Notes: a model not told the origin generated them from the sequence alone. DNA of 64,000 nt from an uncultured Bacteroidota bacterium (GCA_963700635.1 CAVOYH010000002.1:32001-96000); one strand, 5' to 3'. Shown: positions 27,629-38,437, counted from the stretch's first letter. Numbers and translations are program-made.

Positions 27629-28656
27629 TGGCAAAAGGTGGTCAGACATACAAAGACCTGACTGCAGCTCTCAAGAAGAAGTCCTTTCTCCCTGTGTACC
27701 TCCTGCACGGGGAGGAGGACTTTTTACTTGATATGGTTCTGAACGTGTTGCTTGATGCCGTACTCCCGGTTGACCTGCGTTCCCTTAATCTCGACGTTGT
27801 AAGCTGCGGAGAGGTGGACGGACGAGAAATTGCGTCGCGGGCCTCGTCAATGCCGATGATGGGTGACATGCGGGTGGTGGTGGCCAGAAACATCGAACGT
27901 ATGACCCAGCGGGATCTGGAACTGCTGGGCAGGTACGTTGACGCCCCGTCGGAAACCACTACACTTGTGCTTGCCGGGAAGAAAGCGGATCTACGGCGAA
28001 AACCATTCTCCACATTGAACGCCCGCGGCGCTGCCTTTGAATGCGCCCCGCTCTATGACGCAAAAATCCCTGCATGGATATCCGAGCGGGTCAGACTGCG
28101 AGGTGCCTCCATCGATGAAGAAGCAGCCCTTCTTCTCTCCGGATATGTCGGATCATCACTTCGCGAAATTGAGAGTGAAATAGAAAAACTGCTGACCTAT
28201 GTCGGAGACCGTAAAGCGGTGACAGGTGATGACGTGGCAGCCGTGGTGGGATTTTCAAGGGAATACACGATTTTTCAACTTCAGGATTCCATCGGGCGGG
28301 GGGATGCGCGTGGAGCACTCATTATTCTGGACCACATGCTGGACGACGGGCAGTCAATGCCGTATTTTATTGCGATGCTGACAGGCTACTTTTCGTCCCT
28401 CTGGAGGCTTCATCACCTGCTTCAGAGGGGGACACGAGAAGCCGGGGATCAGGCCGACTTCCCAAAGGCCTGGAATTGGAAGAAAAACGAGTATTTGGCC
28501 GCCCTGCGCCTCTATCCAGCCTCAAGGATTGAACGGGCTTTTAAACTTATGGCCGAAACCGCCTTTGCCTCAAGGCAAACGAGTGGCGCAGACGACCGCG
28601 ATCTCCTTCATACCATGCTGGTTCAGGTGATGGAAGACCTCCCTCCCGTCACTTGA
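27628..28656 (+). CDS. holA: DNA polymerase III delta subunit
   Basis: PVYLLHGEEDF, PMMGDMRVVV, SEIEKL, IFQL. Confidence 0.93.
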   Translation: MAKGGQTYKDLTAALKKKSFLPVYLLHGEEDFLLDMVLNVLLDAVLPVDLRSLNLDVVSCGEVDGREIASRASSMPMMGDMRVVVARNIERMTQRDLELLGRYVDAPSETTTLVLAGKKADLRRKPFSTLNARGAAFECAPLYDAKIPAWISERVRLRGASIDEEAALLLSGYVGSSLREIESEIEKLLTYVGDRKAVTGDDVAAVVGFSREYTIFQLQDSIGRGDARGALIILDHMLDDGQSMPYFIAMLTGYFSSLWRLHHLLQRGTREAGDQADFPKAWNWKKNEYLAALRLYPASRIERAFKLMAETAFASRQTSGADDRDLLHTMLVQVMEDLPPVT

Positions 28657-28717
28657 CTTCTCACTTCCCAAGTCTTAAATTAAGGATATAGCCCAGAGAC
28701 TTAAGAAAACACTTTAT

Positions 28718-31711
28718 ATGGTGGGATACACCCTGCGTATTTTGGCGCTATTTGTTCTTTTTGTCTCGGTCGTTCATGGGCAACATCTCGCCCCAACACG
28801 TGAAGCCCAGGACTTCACCGTGGCATACGGACTGTATAACGACAGTCAGTACCAACTCGCTTTTGACGAACTCCAACGATTTATCAGCCGGCATCCTGCC
28901 AGCACGCGGCGGGCGGAGGCGGCATTCCTTTCCGCTGAGTCGCTCGTCCGGCTCGGGCAGAGCGCCGAAGCCTTTGACCGATTTGATCGATTTCTTCGGG
29001 AATACCCCGGCAGTCAGCTGACGGATGAAGCCCGATTCCGCACCGGGGAACTGGCCCTGGGGGCCGGACGCGCACGTGAGGCCATCGAAAGACTCGCCCC
29101 TCTTGTTACCGGTGCAAACGCCGGAATAGCGAGCGAAGCGTGTTACTGGACGGGAGAGGCATTCGACAAACTCGGTCATCAAGATAGTGCCCTGGCATAT
29201 TATCACCGGTCTATCACAAAAGATCCAGCCGGCCGTCTTGCGGACTATGCGACATATTCCGTGGGGTGGGTGTATCAGCAACAGGGACAATTCAGCAAAG
29301 CACTCAAGGCATATGCTGACGTGGAAAGCCGTTTTCCAGCGAGTGGGCTTCGGTCGGCGGCGAACGTACGGACGGGGGAGGTCTATGCACAATCGGGGGA
29401 TACGGAAAAAGCGATAACACATCTTCAGCGTGTGCTCCCCCGGCTCCAGGAGAGTAATGATCACGCAGAGGCAGTGTACCTTCTCGGGGAGTCACATTTC
29501 CGAAGCCGCAGATTCCCGCAGGCGCGATCCTGGTACGATACCTTTCTCGTCCATCATCACGGTCATCGTCTGGAAAGGGATGTCCGGTATGCGCGGGCCT
29601 GGACTTTCTTACAGGAACAAAGAGGGGACGAGGCGGCGGCGGCATTCCTGGATCTTGCGTCGGGCTCCGATGCTCTCGCACATGCCTCGGCGTACCGCGC
29701 CGGTATTGCACTAAAACTCGCCGGGAAGTCCGGAGAAGCCGAGAAGATATTCAGGAGAGTAGCCGCGACCTCAGGCGGCGAGTTTGCGGATGATGCGTTG
29801 TACGAAATCGGCGTACTTCGCTTTGAACAGGGTGCATACGACTCGGCCATGACCGTGTTTCACAGGGTCCTCACTACATTTCCGTCGGGTGACGTCAGGC
29901 CACAGGCGTTGTTCATGATGGGTGAAGTCCACAGGATGCGCGGGGCGCTGGAAGCGGCACTTGCATCGTATCGCGACGCGCGTGCCCAGGCGGGCGCGAG
30001 TCCTCAGCTCCTTGCTGATCTTCTTTATGAAGAGGGGCTGATTCTGGGACGGATGGGACAGCACGGTGAAGCTTCGTCCATGCTGCACGCCTTCCTCACG
30101 GAATTTCCTGCCGACCCTCAGGCCGGAGAAGCCTGGTTCTGGCTTGGAGAAGCATTGTTCCACGGCGGTGCATACGAACGGGCAGACAGCGCATACGCTC
30201 TTGCCGTACAGAAACTTCCGGCCCAACGTGTGCCCGACGCCCTCTATGGCAAGGCGTGGAGCAGGTACCGGCTTGAAGACTACAAGGGCGCCCTGGAACT
30301 CTTCTCCCGCCTGGTGTCAAAATATCCGCGAAGTGCCTATGCGGTAGACGCCCGGTTACGTGCGGGAGACTGCCACACGTCGCTTCGTGAGTATGGAAAA
30401 GCAGCAGCGGCATACAGGGAGGTATTACGGACGGGCGAAGGATCTGAAAACGCGGAGTATGCGCGGTATCAGCTGGGCGGCGCGTTGATCAGAAACGGCC
30501 AGTCGGCGGAAGGGCTCAAGGAGTATGAGACACTTCTTGCCCGCACTCCCCGGTCACCATACGCAGACGACGCGCGGTATGCAATCGGGTGGGTGCACTT
30601 CCAGAAGAAAAATTACCCGCGTGCGATAAAGGAATTCCGCGAGACGCTTCGCCTGTACCCCCGGAGCGACCTGGTTCCCCGGGTCCTCTGCAGTCTCGGT
30701 GATGCATTGTACAACACGGGGGATTATCCGGGCTCCATCGCTTCATACAGGGAAGTCCTGGCGGCACATCCTCAGAGCTCGTCGGTTCTGGATGCGGCCA
30801 GAGGGATTCGTGATGCCTATGTGGCGCAACATGACGGGGCCGCGGGTGAGGCGGTTGTTGCGGAGTTTCTGAACCGGCACCCCGCCGCCACGGTAGCCGA
30901 TCGGCTTGCACTGCAAAACGCCGACGAACGATTCACCGCAGGTGAGTACGATACAGCACATGATCTGTACACCGGCTTTATCCGGGACTATCCGCGGAGT
31001 TCACTCGTACCGGATGCAACTCTTGGCGCCGGAAAGGCAAGTCTGGCACTCGGCCGGTTGCGGGAGGCAGAAGATCTGTTCCGGTCAGTATCGGAACGGT
31101 ATCCGGGCAAGCAGGCCGCCGGTATTGCATCCCTCGAACTCGGCAGACTGCTCGTCCGACAGCTTCGTCCGGCCGATGCCATGAAGTTGTTTGAACGGGT
31201 GGAAGCGGATTACGCCGGTTCGCCCGAAGCCGGCGAAGCCCGCCTTGAGCGCGCGCGCACGCTGCGCGCCGAAGGTGACCTGTCAGGCGCAGTGTTGTTG
31301 TTGAAGACCATACAGAGCGGGACGTACACAGATGTTCTTGCGGATAGGGCCCGCGTGGAAACTGCAGATATTCATCTGGAGAAAAAGCAGTACGACCTGG
31401 CTTTTTCGCTCTACGCCGCAGTCGCCCAGGTCCGCCCGGATGATCTTGGAGCCGAAGCACAATGCGGCGCCGCTGAGGTGCTTTTTGCACGTAATGAAGT
31501 TGAGGCCGGCATCGCTGCATTCGCCCGCGTACGGTATCTCTATCCCGCATCGAGGGAGTGGATCGGACAGGCAACAATCAGGATGGCTGACGGATACGTG
31601 TTACTGGGGCAGACAGAAAAAGCGCGGGGGCTCTATGCCGCCGTAGCTTCAGAACACGAGGGAAGTGCGCTTGGTCGCAGTGCAGAAGCCAGAGTTGAGG
31701 GGTTACGATGA
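28718..31711 (+). CDS. large exported TPR protein (CpoB/BamD-like repeats)
   Basis: Signal peptide; many A.Y..G...YP.S TPR pairs across 997 aa. Confidence 0.93.
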   Translation: MVGYTLRILALFVLFVSVVHGQHLAPTREAQDFTVAYGLYNDSQYQLAFDELQRFISRHPASTRRAEAAFLSAESLVRLGQSAEAFDRFDRFLREYPGSQLTDEARFRTGELALGAGRAREAIERLAPLVTGANAGIASEACYWTGEAFDKLGHQDSALAYYHRSITKDPAGRLADYATYSVGWVYQQQGQFSKALKAYADVESRFPASGLRSAANVRTGEVYAQSGDTEKAITHLQRVLPRLQESNDHAEAVYLLGESHFRSRRFPQARSWYDTFLVHHHGHRLERDVRYARAWTFLQEQRGDEAAAAFLDLASGSDALAHASAYRAGIALKLAGKSGEAEKIFRRVAATSGGEFADDALYEIGVLRFEQGAYDSAMTVFHRVLTTFPSGDVRPQALFMMGEVHRMRGALEAALASYRDARAQAGASPQLLADLLYEEGLILGRMGQHGEASSMLHAFLTEFPADPQAGEAWFWLGEALFHGGAYERADSAYALAVQKLPAQRVPDALYGKAWSRYRLEDYKGALELFSRLVSKYPRSAYAVDARLRAGDCHTSLREYGKAAAAYREVLRTGEGSENAEYARYQLGGALIRNGQSAEGLKEYETLLARTPRSPYADDARYAIGWVHFQKKNYPRAIKEFRETLRLYPRSDLVPRVLCSLGDALYNTGDYPGSIASYREVLAAHPQSSSVLDAARGIRDAYVAQHDGAAGEAVVAEFLNRHPAATVADRLALQNADERFTAGEYDTAHDLYTGFIRDYPRSSLVPDATLGAGKASLALGRLREAEDLFRSVSERYPGKQAAGIASLELGRLLVRQLRPADAMKLFERVEADYAGSPEAGEARLERARTLRAEGDLSGAVLLLKTIQSGTYTDVLADRARVETADIHLEKKQYDLAFSLYAAVAQVRPDDLGAEAQCGAAEVLFARNEVEAGIAAFARVRYLYPASREWIGQATIRMADGYVLLGQTEKARGLYAAVASEHEGSALGRSAEARVEGLR

Positions 31712-33432
31712 CCGGTCAGATACAACGGGCGTGTTGTGTACTGCTGACAGTGGTCTTGCTCTGCGCTTACGGGTCTGAGGGGAGCGGACAGACAAAGCCG
31801 GAACCTCCCCCGCGCAGGCCGGTGCCGATCCTGCGTGACACAACGCTCTCCCGGGATTCATCGTCGGCTGAAGAGAGTCTGCCCGGATCAAAGAGCCGGC
31901 TCCCGGTTTTTGATGTTCCCGAGTATACGATTACCGGGGAGGAGACAGGTTCTCCGAGTAACACGCCCCGTCCGCTTCAGGCGGAGTATTCCGCGCGGAG
32001 CGCGTATCGGTCAGATGGTCCGGGCATGCGGGATCCAGCCGCGGCGGTGGGTAATGCACGCCGGCCGGCCGGAGGCTACGGAGGAAACAGATATGGAGGT
32101 GGCGTCCGTGTGGGGTATGGCTCGTTTTACACCCCTGCCCTGGACCTCTGGCTGTCCTATGGGGCGCAGCAAACAGATCTCCTCCTCAGTACGGGCTACA
32201 GCTCCACGAGGGGCCATGTGGCACATGCTCAGTCTCAAAAAGCGTCCAACACAATCTCAGGAGGTTTTGGCGTACTCGGGACAAGGGTCCGCGCCACTCT
32301 CGGGCTCTCCGGCGATGGTTACCGCTTGTACGGCTCCGATTGGCCGACGCGCTGGCGCACGGTGAATGGGGTTCAGGGTGACGTTGAGGTCGGGTCGATT
32401 CGAATCGGCAATGGCGGCATCTATTCCGGGATGCACTTCCGATCGACGGTGCTTGAAGATTCCCTCAGGTCGACCGAGTACCAGCTGGGTTTCGACCTCA
32501 ACTTCCAGACCACAGCGGGTCCGGTGCGTATTATGGCGGATGCGGAATTGTTGGCGAGTGTGTATTCAAACGGGATGGATATGCTGAATCCACACCTGCA
32601 CACGCTGGCTCTGCGGGCGCGTTATACGGTACTGCCGGCGTTTGATGTGGAAGCAGGCATCCGGGCCGGGGTGCGGCGGGGGACAGACGTTTCGGCCGTT
32701 GGATGGGTGGATCCCCTCCTGGCGTTCTACTGGAGAGGGTGGTCGGGCATTACAGCGTATATGCGCTTTGAACCCTATGCTGAGAAGGCATCGCTTATGT
32801 CCCTGAGTGCGGAGAACCCCTATGTCACCGGGCGTCCTCACTTGCGGCCGAGGCATTACGCCACGAACCTGCTTACCGGAGTGGCATTCAGACCGGGATC
32901 CAACATCCGGTGTTCTGCAGAGCTGTTTTATCTCCGGGGCCACGATGTGCCGGTATTTGTAGATCAAGATACCACGGGAATCTGGACTCCGGTCTATGGT
33001 GGTGTTGTACGGTCAGCGGGCCTGAGGGGTTCCATTGCCGCGGACCTTTCGCCGGATGATATCGTCCACGCGACGTTGACCATCAGGAACGCCCGCTGGT
33101 CCGGGATAGACACCGCGGACCCGAGGTTGTCCGGAGACGCGGTCCCGAACATGCCCGGTCTCGAAATTGATGCATTTAGCATCCATAGGTTTCCATTCGG
33201 GCTCACTCTTGCCCCCTCCATGCGGCTTGCAGGGAGCAGACCGGTAGATCCCGCCAACTCCCGATCTCTGACATCGTATCTTGACATCGGGTTCCGCGCA
33301 GAGTACATTGTACTGCCATCGTTCACTGTTGCACTGACTTTTGAAAATCTGTTCGGAACCAAACGGACCTTCTGGGATGGTTATCCCGGAGTCCCGGCGA
33401 CGGCAGCATTATCTGGATCATATTCCTGGTAG
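31708..33432 (+). CDS. outer-membrane beta-barrel, TonB-dependent-receptor-like
   Basis: Signal peptide, PEYTITG segment, C-terminal ENLFG...ALSGSYSW; ATGA-coupled to TPR gene. Confidence 0.7.
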   Translation: MTGQIQRACCVLLTVVLLCAYGSEGSGQTKPEPPPRRPVPILRDTTLSRDSSSAEESLPGSKSRLPVFDVPEYTITGEETGSPSNTPRPLQAEYSARSAYRSDGPGMRDPAAAVGNARRPAGGYGGNRYGGGVRVGYGSFYTPALDLWLSYGAQQTDLLLSTGYSSTRGHVAHAQSQKASNTISGGFGVLGTRVRATLGLSGDGYRLYGSDWPTRWRTVNGVQGDVEVGSIRIGNGGIYSGMHFRSTVLEDSLRSTEYQLGFDLNFQTTAGPVRIMADAELLASVYSNGMDMLNPHLHTLALRARYTVLPAFDVEAGIRAGVRRGTDVSAVGWVDPLLAFYWRGWSGITAYMRFEPYAEKASLMSLSAENPYVTGRPHLRPRHYATNLLTGVAFRPGSNIRCSAELFYLRGHDVPVFVDQDTTGIWTPVYGGVVRSAGLRGSIAADLSPDDIVHATLTIRNARWSGIDTADPRLSGDAVPNMPGLEIDAFSIHRFPFGLTLAPSMRLAGSRPVDPANSRSLTSYLDIGFRAEYIVLPSFTVALTFENLFGTKRTFWDGYPGVPATAALSGSYSW

Positions 33433-33474
33433 AAATTAACCGCGTTCACCTGAACCACAAAGGAGGGATTCACG

Positions 33475-34137
33475 ATGCCACGATTCAATCTTAAGGATGA
33501 CGAGACGAATCTAGAGCCCGGAATGCCGGGACCAGGCAAGGGTCAGACCCCACCGTCACTTCGGGAAGTTGGCGGCGGCGGCGGCGGGCGCATTTCGCCG
33601 ATTTTTCTGGTCCTTCTGATACTTGTCGTGCTTGCAGCGGGTGTGTTTGGCCTGAACTACTTCAAGGTGATCAACCTGTGGGGAAAGAAGGCTCCCGTTG
33701 TTGCAGAGACATTCTCTGAACCGGATCTGCCGCCGCTTGAGGAGGGTGGAGCCGAAGCTGGCGGGACGATTCCGGGCGAAGAGACCCTCCCGTTGCCGTC
33801 CGCGACACCAACCAGTCCTACAACGGTAAGCCCGGGCGCGGGCAGTACGTCCGGATCCACCACGCGGCGCGACCTGAGCATTATGCCGACGGGGACCGGG
33901 AAGTACACCATTCAGTTCTCCGCATGGCTCAGCAGGGCGAAAGCGGAAGATCAGGCCACGCGCCTCTCGGCCGGCGGATACGATGCATTTGTTGATGAAG
34001 CAAAGGCGGGCGGAGAAACATGGTACCGCGTCCGGGTCGGCCGGTATGATTCGCGCAGCCAGGCACGTGATGTGGTTGCACGGTTGCAGGTCATGACCGA
34101 AGATGACGTCTGGCTGGCTCCCCAGCGGGCGAGGTAA
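33475..34137 (+). CDS. membrane-anchored SPOR domain protein
   Basis: Single TM, Pro/Thr linker, YTIQFSAW...WYRVRVGRY. Confidence 0.9.
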   Translation: MPRFNLKDDETNLEPGMPGPGKGQTPPSLREVGGGGGGRISPIFLVLLILVVLAAGVFGLNYFKVINLWGKKAPVVAETFSEPDLPPLEEGGAEAGGTIPGEETLPLPSATPTSPTTVSPGAGSTSGSTTRRDLSIMPTGTGKYTIQFSAWLSRAKAEDQATRLSAGGYDAFVDEAKAGGETWYRVRVGRYDSRSQARDVVARLQVMTEDDVWLAPQRAR

Positions 34138-34152
34138 TTTTCAGGAGAATCG

Positions 34153-34860
34153 ATGAATCTAATGGATATGTTGATGAGGGGGGGCGTGCTGATGTGGCCC
34201 ATCCTCCTCTGCTCTGTGATTGCTGCATTTGTTGTCATTGAACGGTTGCTTGTTCTCCGGCGCGCCCGGATGGATGCCGGCCAGTTTATGCTAAAACTAA
34301 AAAGTATCTACCGGCATGGCGATACCACAGGCGTCCTCTCCTATTGCAGCCAGAAAGACGCTCCGATAGCCAATATCGTCAGACGGGGCGTGCTGAAGCA
34401 CGGGCAAGGTGAGGTGAAGGTGCGTGAGGCCGTGGAAAATGCTGGCCGCGAGGAGGTGTTCCACCTTGAACGACGGCTTCCTATTCTTGCGAGCATCGGC
34501 GGCGTTGCGCCGATGCTCGGGTTCCTGGGGACAGTGACCGGGATGATCGCCGCATTCCAGGTGATCGAACAGCAGAGCGGTGTTGTGAACCCCGGGGCCC
34601 TTGCAGGCGGAATCTGGGAGGCATTGCTGACGACGGCCTTCGGCCTGACCGTGGGAATCCCTGCGCTGGTTGTGTACAACTATTTTGTCACTCGGATCCG
34701 GCGCCTGGTGAATGATATGGAAGTCACGTCGAATGAGTTTCTGGAGATGCTCGATCTGGAAACTCCGCTCCCGGCTCCCATTGATGACCCGATGCCGCCG
34801 GTCGTGACCCGCGCTGTTGCACCGCCAGAAGAAGAGTTCTTCCGCCGGAAAGGTTCATGA
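34153..34860 (+). CDS. exbB: MotA/TolQ/ExbB proton channel
   Basis: APMLGFLGTVTGMI, EALLTTAFGL. Confidence 0.93.
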   Translation: MNLMDMLMRGGVLMWPILLCSVIAAFVVIERLLVLRRARMDAGQFMLKLKSIYRHGDTTGVLSYCSQKDAPIANIVRRGVLKHGQGEVKVREAVENAGREEVFHLERRLPILASIGGVAPMLGFLGTVTGMIAAFQVIEQQSGVVNPGALAGGIWEALLTTAFGLTVGIPALVVYNYFVTRIRRLVNDMEVTSNEFLEMLDLETPLPAPIDDPMPPVVTRAVAPPEEEFFRRKGS

Positions 34861-35267
34861 AACTCGACCCGGAACAGCAATTGCTGGCGACCTTCAGCTA
34901 CACCTCACTGACAGACGTTGTGATGTTATTGTTGATCTTCTTCCTCCTTTCCTCATCCTTTATCGCCGAACCCTCGATCAGCGTTCAGCTCCCGAAAGCC
35001 GAGTCCGCGGACCCAAGGACGGAACAGACGATAACGCTCACAATGACGGATAAGGGAGCGGTGTACCTGAACGGTGCCCCGGTGCGGCTGGAGCAACTCG
35101 GGAAGAGCCTGGAAAGTCTGTTCAGGGAATTTCCCGATCGCACGATTCAGATCCGGGCCGACAAGGATGTGCGGTTGCAGGAGACTGTCCGTGTGATTGA
35201 TATTGCCAAAGCAGCCGGCGCTTCACGGTTTCTTATCGCCACGGAACCGGCAGGGACAGCCCGGTGA
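34857..35267 (+). CDS. exbD: ExbD/TolR protein
   Basis: SLTDVVMLLLIFF, IRADKDV. Confidence 0.92.
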   Translation: MKLDPEQQLLATFSYTSLTDVVMLLLIFFLLSSSFIAEPSISVQLPKAESADPRTEQTITLTMTDKGAVYLNGAPVRLEQLGKSLESLFREFPDRTIQIRADKDVRLQETVRVIDIAKAAGASRFLIATEPAGTAR

Positions 35268-36058
35268 CGATCACGTTGCGTGAACGGGATCAGGTATACG
35301 GCTGGACCGGCGCAATCCTGATTCACCTGTTTGCTGCCGGTATTCTCTTACTCTGGCATATCGATGCGCCAAGGGTCCGAGTGGATACTGTAGAAATCGA
35401 TTTTGTCACTGCGTCCCCACCCCCTGTACCGGTTGTTACGCCTCCCGCACGTTCAAAACCAGCTCCGGCGGCAAAAGCCCGGACGGGCACAGCGCCCCCG
35501 TCGGAACGGACGCGGCGTGTGAAGTTGCCGGAGCGGTCCTCGGTTTCCCGCGACGATGTACTTGCCGTGCCTCCCGCAAAGAAACTTGATGTTGCAGAAG
35601 GTTCCGGGGGATCACGCCGCACGGGAACGGCAGGCTCCAAGGGGAGAGGGGAACGAGCAGGAAGCACAGCCGGGGCGCGAGTCGGCCGACTGCCGGCGGG
35701 TGGAAAGTCCGGTGCAGGCACCTCAACGGGACGGGATGTGCCGGGTATCGCTGATCGTCGCGCGGGATCGTCCGCCCTGGGATCAGTCCAGTGGATCGGG
35801 GGTGGGAAGCGCCGGAAAGTAAGCGGTAATCTGCCGCGGTATCCATCCGGAACCAATGTTCAGGCGCAGATCAGAGTGGAAGCAGTGGTGACCCCGAAAG
35901 GTACGGTGAAGTCGGTGCGGCCTACACAGAAAGCGAACGCGCGTCTTGAAGAGGCTGCAATGCGGGAACTCCGTCAGTGGCGGTTCGAACCGCTCGCGCG
36001 CACTCTCCCCCAGAAGGATCAACGGTGTATTGTCACGTTCAACTTCACCCTGCGGTAG
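35264..36058 (+). CDS. TonB/TolA-like energy transducer
   Basis: TM with His, Pro/Gly-rich linker, PRYP...WRFEP...VTFNF C-terminal domain. Confidence 0.85.
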   Translation: MTITLRERDQVYGWTGAILIHLFAAGILLLWHIDAPRVRVDTVEIDFVTASPPPVPVVTPPARSKPAPAAKARTGTAPPSERTRRVKLPERSSVSRDDVLAVPPAKKLDVAEGSGGSRRTGTAGSKGRGERAGSTAGARVGRLPAGGKSGAGTSTGRDVPGIADRRAGSSALGSVQWIGGGKRRKVSGNLPRYPSGTNVQAQIRVEAVVTPKGTVKSVRPTQKANARLEEAAMRELRQWRFEPLARTLPQKDQRCIVTFNFTLR

Positions 36059-36359
36059 GTTCCGCGTCGTCCTCTCCCCTCGGCGGAGAATCCTCCCTGA
36101 AGTAGAAGAAGTAAAACACTGATTCTGCCGCGGTCAGAAGTGCGAGTGACGCAGCGTCAGCGTCAAACCATCGACCAAATCCTTCCGGCGGTAACACCAG
36201 CCTCAGCAAGAACGATGACATGCTCCATCCCACGAAGAAGATCAGCGCCATGAACACGACGCCGAGAACCCCTTCACTGACTCCTTCCTCCTGCCACCGT
36301 TTTGTAAAGACGAGGGCGAAGGCTACAACATGCAGATAGAACACAATGAGTGGGATCAT
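36045..36359 (-). CDS. small membrane protein
   Basis: Three hydrophobic segments; 2 nt after wcaJ. Confidence 0.75.
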   Translation of the reverse strand: MIPLIVFYLHVVAFALVFTKRWQEEGVSEGVLGVVFMALIFFVGWSMSSFLLRLVLPPEGFGRWFDADAASLALLTAAESVFYFFYFREDSPPRGEDDAEPTAG

Positions 36360-36361
36360 GA

Positions 36362-37786
36362 TCAGTCCTGCTCTTTGAACGTCACTGCCGCACGGAGAGT
36401 CCGGAGGAGAATGCGGATGTCAAAAGCCAGCGACCAGTTTTCGATGTAATAGAGGTCGTACTTAATGCGGTCTTCGATGGACGTGTCGCCGCGCAGCCCG
36501 TTCACCTGGGCCCAACCCGTAACCCCGGTTTTTACGCGGTGCCGGTCAAGATACTTCGGAATACTCTCCCCGAATTCCCGGACGACATGTGTTCGTTCAG
36601 GGCGGGGGCCCACCAGACTCATATCTCCCCGCAGCACGTTCCACAACTGGGGGAGTTCATCAAGGCTGAATCGCCGGAGAAATCTCCCGAGTCTGGTCCG
36701 GCGGGGATCGTTCTTTATACCGAGCCCCGCTTCACCGTCCTGCTGCTCCGCGCCTTCGACCATAGATCGGAATTTCAGCATCGTGAATTCACCTCCGTCG
36801 AGTCCGACTCTCCGCTGACGAAACAGGACCGGTCCGGAAGAATCCATGCGGATGGCTATGGCTACGGCTGCAAGCAGAGGCGAGAGGATGAGCAGAATCG
36901 CCCCCGCCACAATGGCGTCGAAGGTCCGCTTTGTCGCGCGCCCGAATGTTCCGAGTGGGATAGTCTTCACACGCAGAAAGGGAATCCCTTCGAGATCACG
37001 CACACGCACCTGGCTGGTCAGGACTTCCAGGAGGTCGGGGACGAGCATAAATTCGATGTTGATTCCTTCACACTCGCTGACAAGATTAAAGAGTTGCGGA
37101 TGATCCCGGGAGGTCAGAGCGATAAAGCCCAGTTCTATATTGTGCTCCTGTATATAGGCCGGCGCACCATCAACGGGTCCGAGGTACGAGCCTCCGGTGA
37201 GGGGGGATTCCGCGGGTGCGGCTGCGTCGGCGAAATATCCGACAATCCGGAACCCGAACGAGCCGTGGAGGTGGAGCCGGGTATACACCTGTTCCGCGAG
37301 CGGCCCGTTCCCGATGATAATTGCCGGTTGGAGGTGCCACCCTTTCCGGTACAAACGGCGTTCGATACTCTGCACCAGAATCCTGCCGGCCGTGATCCCG
37401 ATGATCGAGAATATCCACAAAAGCCCAAAAACAACGCGGGAATACGAGAAGTCGCGGTAAAAGAATGCAGCGCTCATGACAACGAGCATTCCGAGACTGA
37501 CAACTTTGACGATGCTGACAAGTTCGTCGGAGAGGTTGACATTTCGGCGGGAACTGTACATTCGGCGCGAATGAAACAGAATCAGCCAGGCAAGGATGAC
37601 GAACGCCGATCCGAGAAGGTAGCCATGAAGGGGCGGGGCGTCCTCACGGATAAAGCCGAGGGCGTCGAACACCGAACTCTGAAAGCGCAGCCAGTAGGAG
37701 AGGATAAATGCAAACTCAATGGCCAGCGCGTCACAGATGACTGTGAGCAGGGGGAGCCAGAAGTCTGCGCGCCGGGCGCTGTTCAT
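36362..37786 (-). CDS. wcaJ: undecaprenyl-phosphate glucose phosphotransferase
   Basis: KRTFD, KFRSM, LDELPQLWNVLRGDMSLVGPRPE, TGWAQVNGLRG. Confidence 0.93.
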   Translation of the reverse strand: MNSARRADFWLPLLTVICDALAIEFAFILSYWLRFQSSVFDALGFIREDAPPLHGYLLGSAFVILAWLILFHSRRMYSSRRNVNLSDELVSIVKVVSLGMLVVMSAAFFYRDFSYSRVVFGLLWIFSIIGITAGRILVQSIERRLYRKGWHLQPAIIIGNGPLAEQVYTRLHLHGSFGFRIVGYFADAAAPAESPLTGGSYLGPVDGAPAYIQEHNIELGFIALTSRDHPQLFNLVSECEGINIEFMLVPDLLEVLTSQVRVRDLEGIPFLRVKTIPLGTFGRATKRTFDAIVAGAILLILSPLLAAVAIAIRMDSSGPVLFRQRRVGLDGGEFTMLKFRSMVEGAEQQDGEAGLGIKNDPRRTRLGRFLRRFSLDELPQLWNVLRGDMSLVGPRPERTHVVREFGESIPKYLDRHRVKTGVTGWAQVNGLRGDTSIEDRIKYDLYYIENWSLAFDIRILLRTLRAAVTFKEQD

Positions 37787-37789
37787 GGT

Positions 37790-38395
37790 CTATCCATACA
37801 TCTCACGTTCAACAAGCGCGCAGAGGATATGACCGACGGTGATATGGCCTTCCTGAATGCGCTGTGTGTCGTCGGAAGGGATCACGATCGCCACATCCAC
37901 AAGGTCGCGTGCCGGGCCGCCGTCTTTCCCCAGCAATCCGATGGTTGCCATTTCCAGCGCCCGCGCCTTGCGCAGTGCCATATTAACACTTTCCGACTTT
38001 CCGGTGGTGCTGATCGCGATGAGGACGTCACCTTTGCGCCCGAGCGCTTCCACCTCACGGGCAAAGACGTTATCGTATCCGATATCATTCGCCCCTGCGG
38101 TCAGCATGGATGAGTCCGTGGTCAGGGCGATTGCAGGGATTGCGGGACGTTTGATGGCGGGGTTCATGCGGATGACCAGCTCGGTTGCGAGGTGCTGTGC
38201 ATCCGCCGCACTCCCGCCGTTTCCGCACAACAGAATTTTCCCCTGCTGGTTGAGCGTGCGGATAAGCGTATCCACCGCCTTGATGATGCTATCGTTACAC
38301 TGTGCGGCGATTTTCTGTTTTGTCTCCGCGCTGGCTTTTAGCTCATCCTGAATAAAGGCCTGGCGGGCGAGAATGGTGAGGGGGAGATGGGCCAT
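37790..38395 (-). CDS. gmhA: phosphoheptose isomerase
   Basis: CGNGGSAADAQH, ANDIGY, RIQEGH. Confidence 0.97.
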   Translation of the reverse strand: MAHLPLTILARQAFIQDELKASAETKQKIAAQCNDSIIKAVDTLIRTLNQQGKILLCGNGGSAADAQHLATELVIRMNPAIKRPAIPAIALTTDSSMLTAGANDIGYDNVFAREVEALGRKGDVLIAISTTGKSESVNMALRKARALEMATIGLLGKDGGPARDLVDVAIVIPSDDTQRIQEGHITVGHILCALVEREMYG

Positions 38396-38437
38396 GGTGA
38401 TGATCTGTCTTTCCGGTTCGTCGTCTGGATTGATGCT

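Noticed and set aside
36539-38113. 524-aa plus-strand ORF
   Set aside because: Antisense shadow of wcaJ and gmhA in GC-rich DNA; no motifs.
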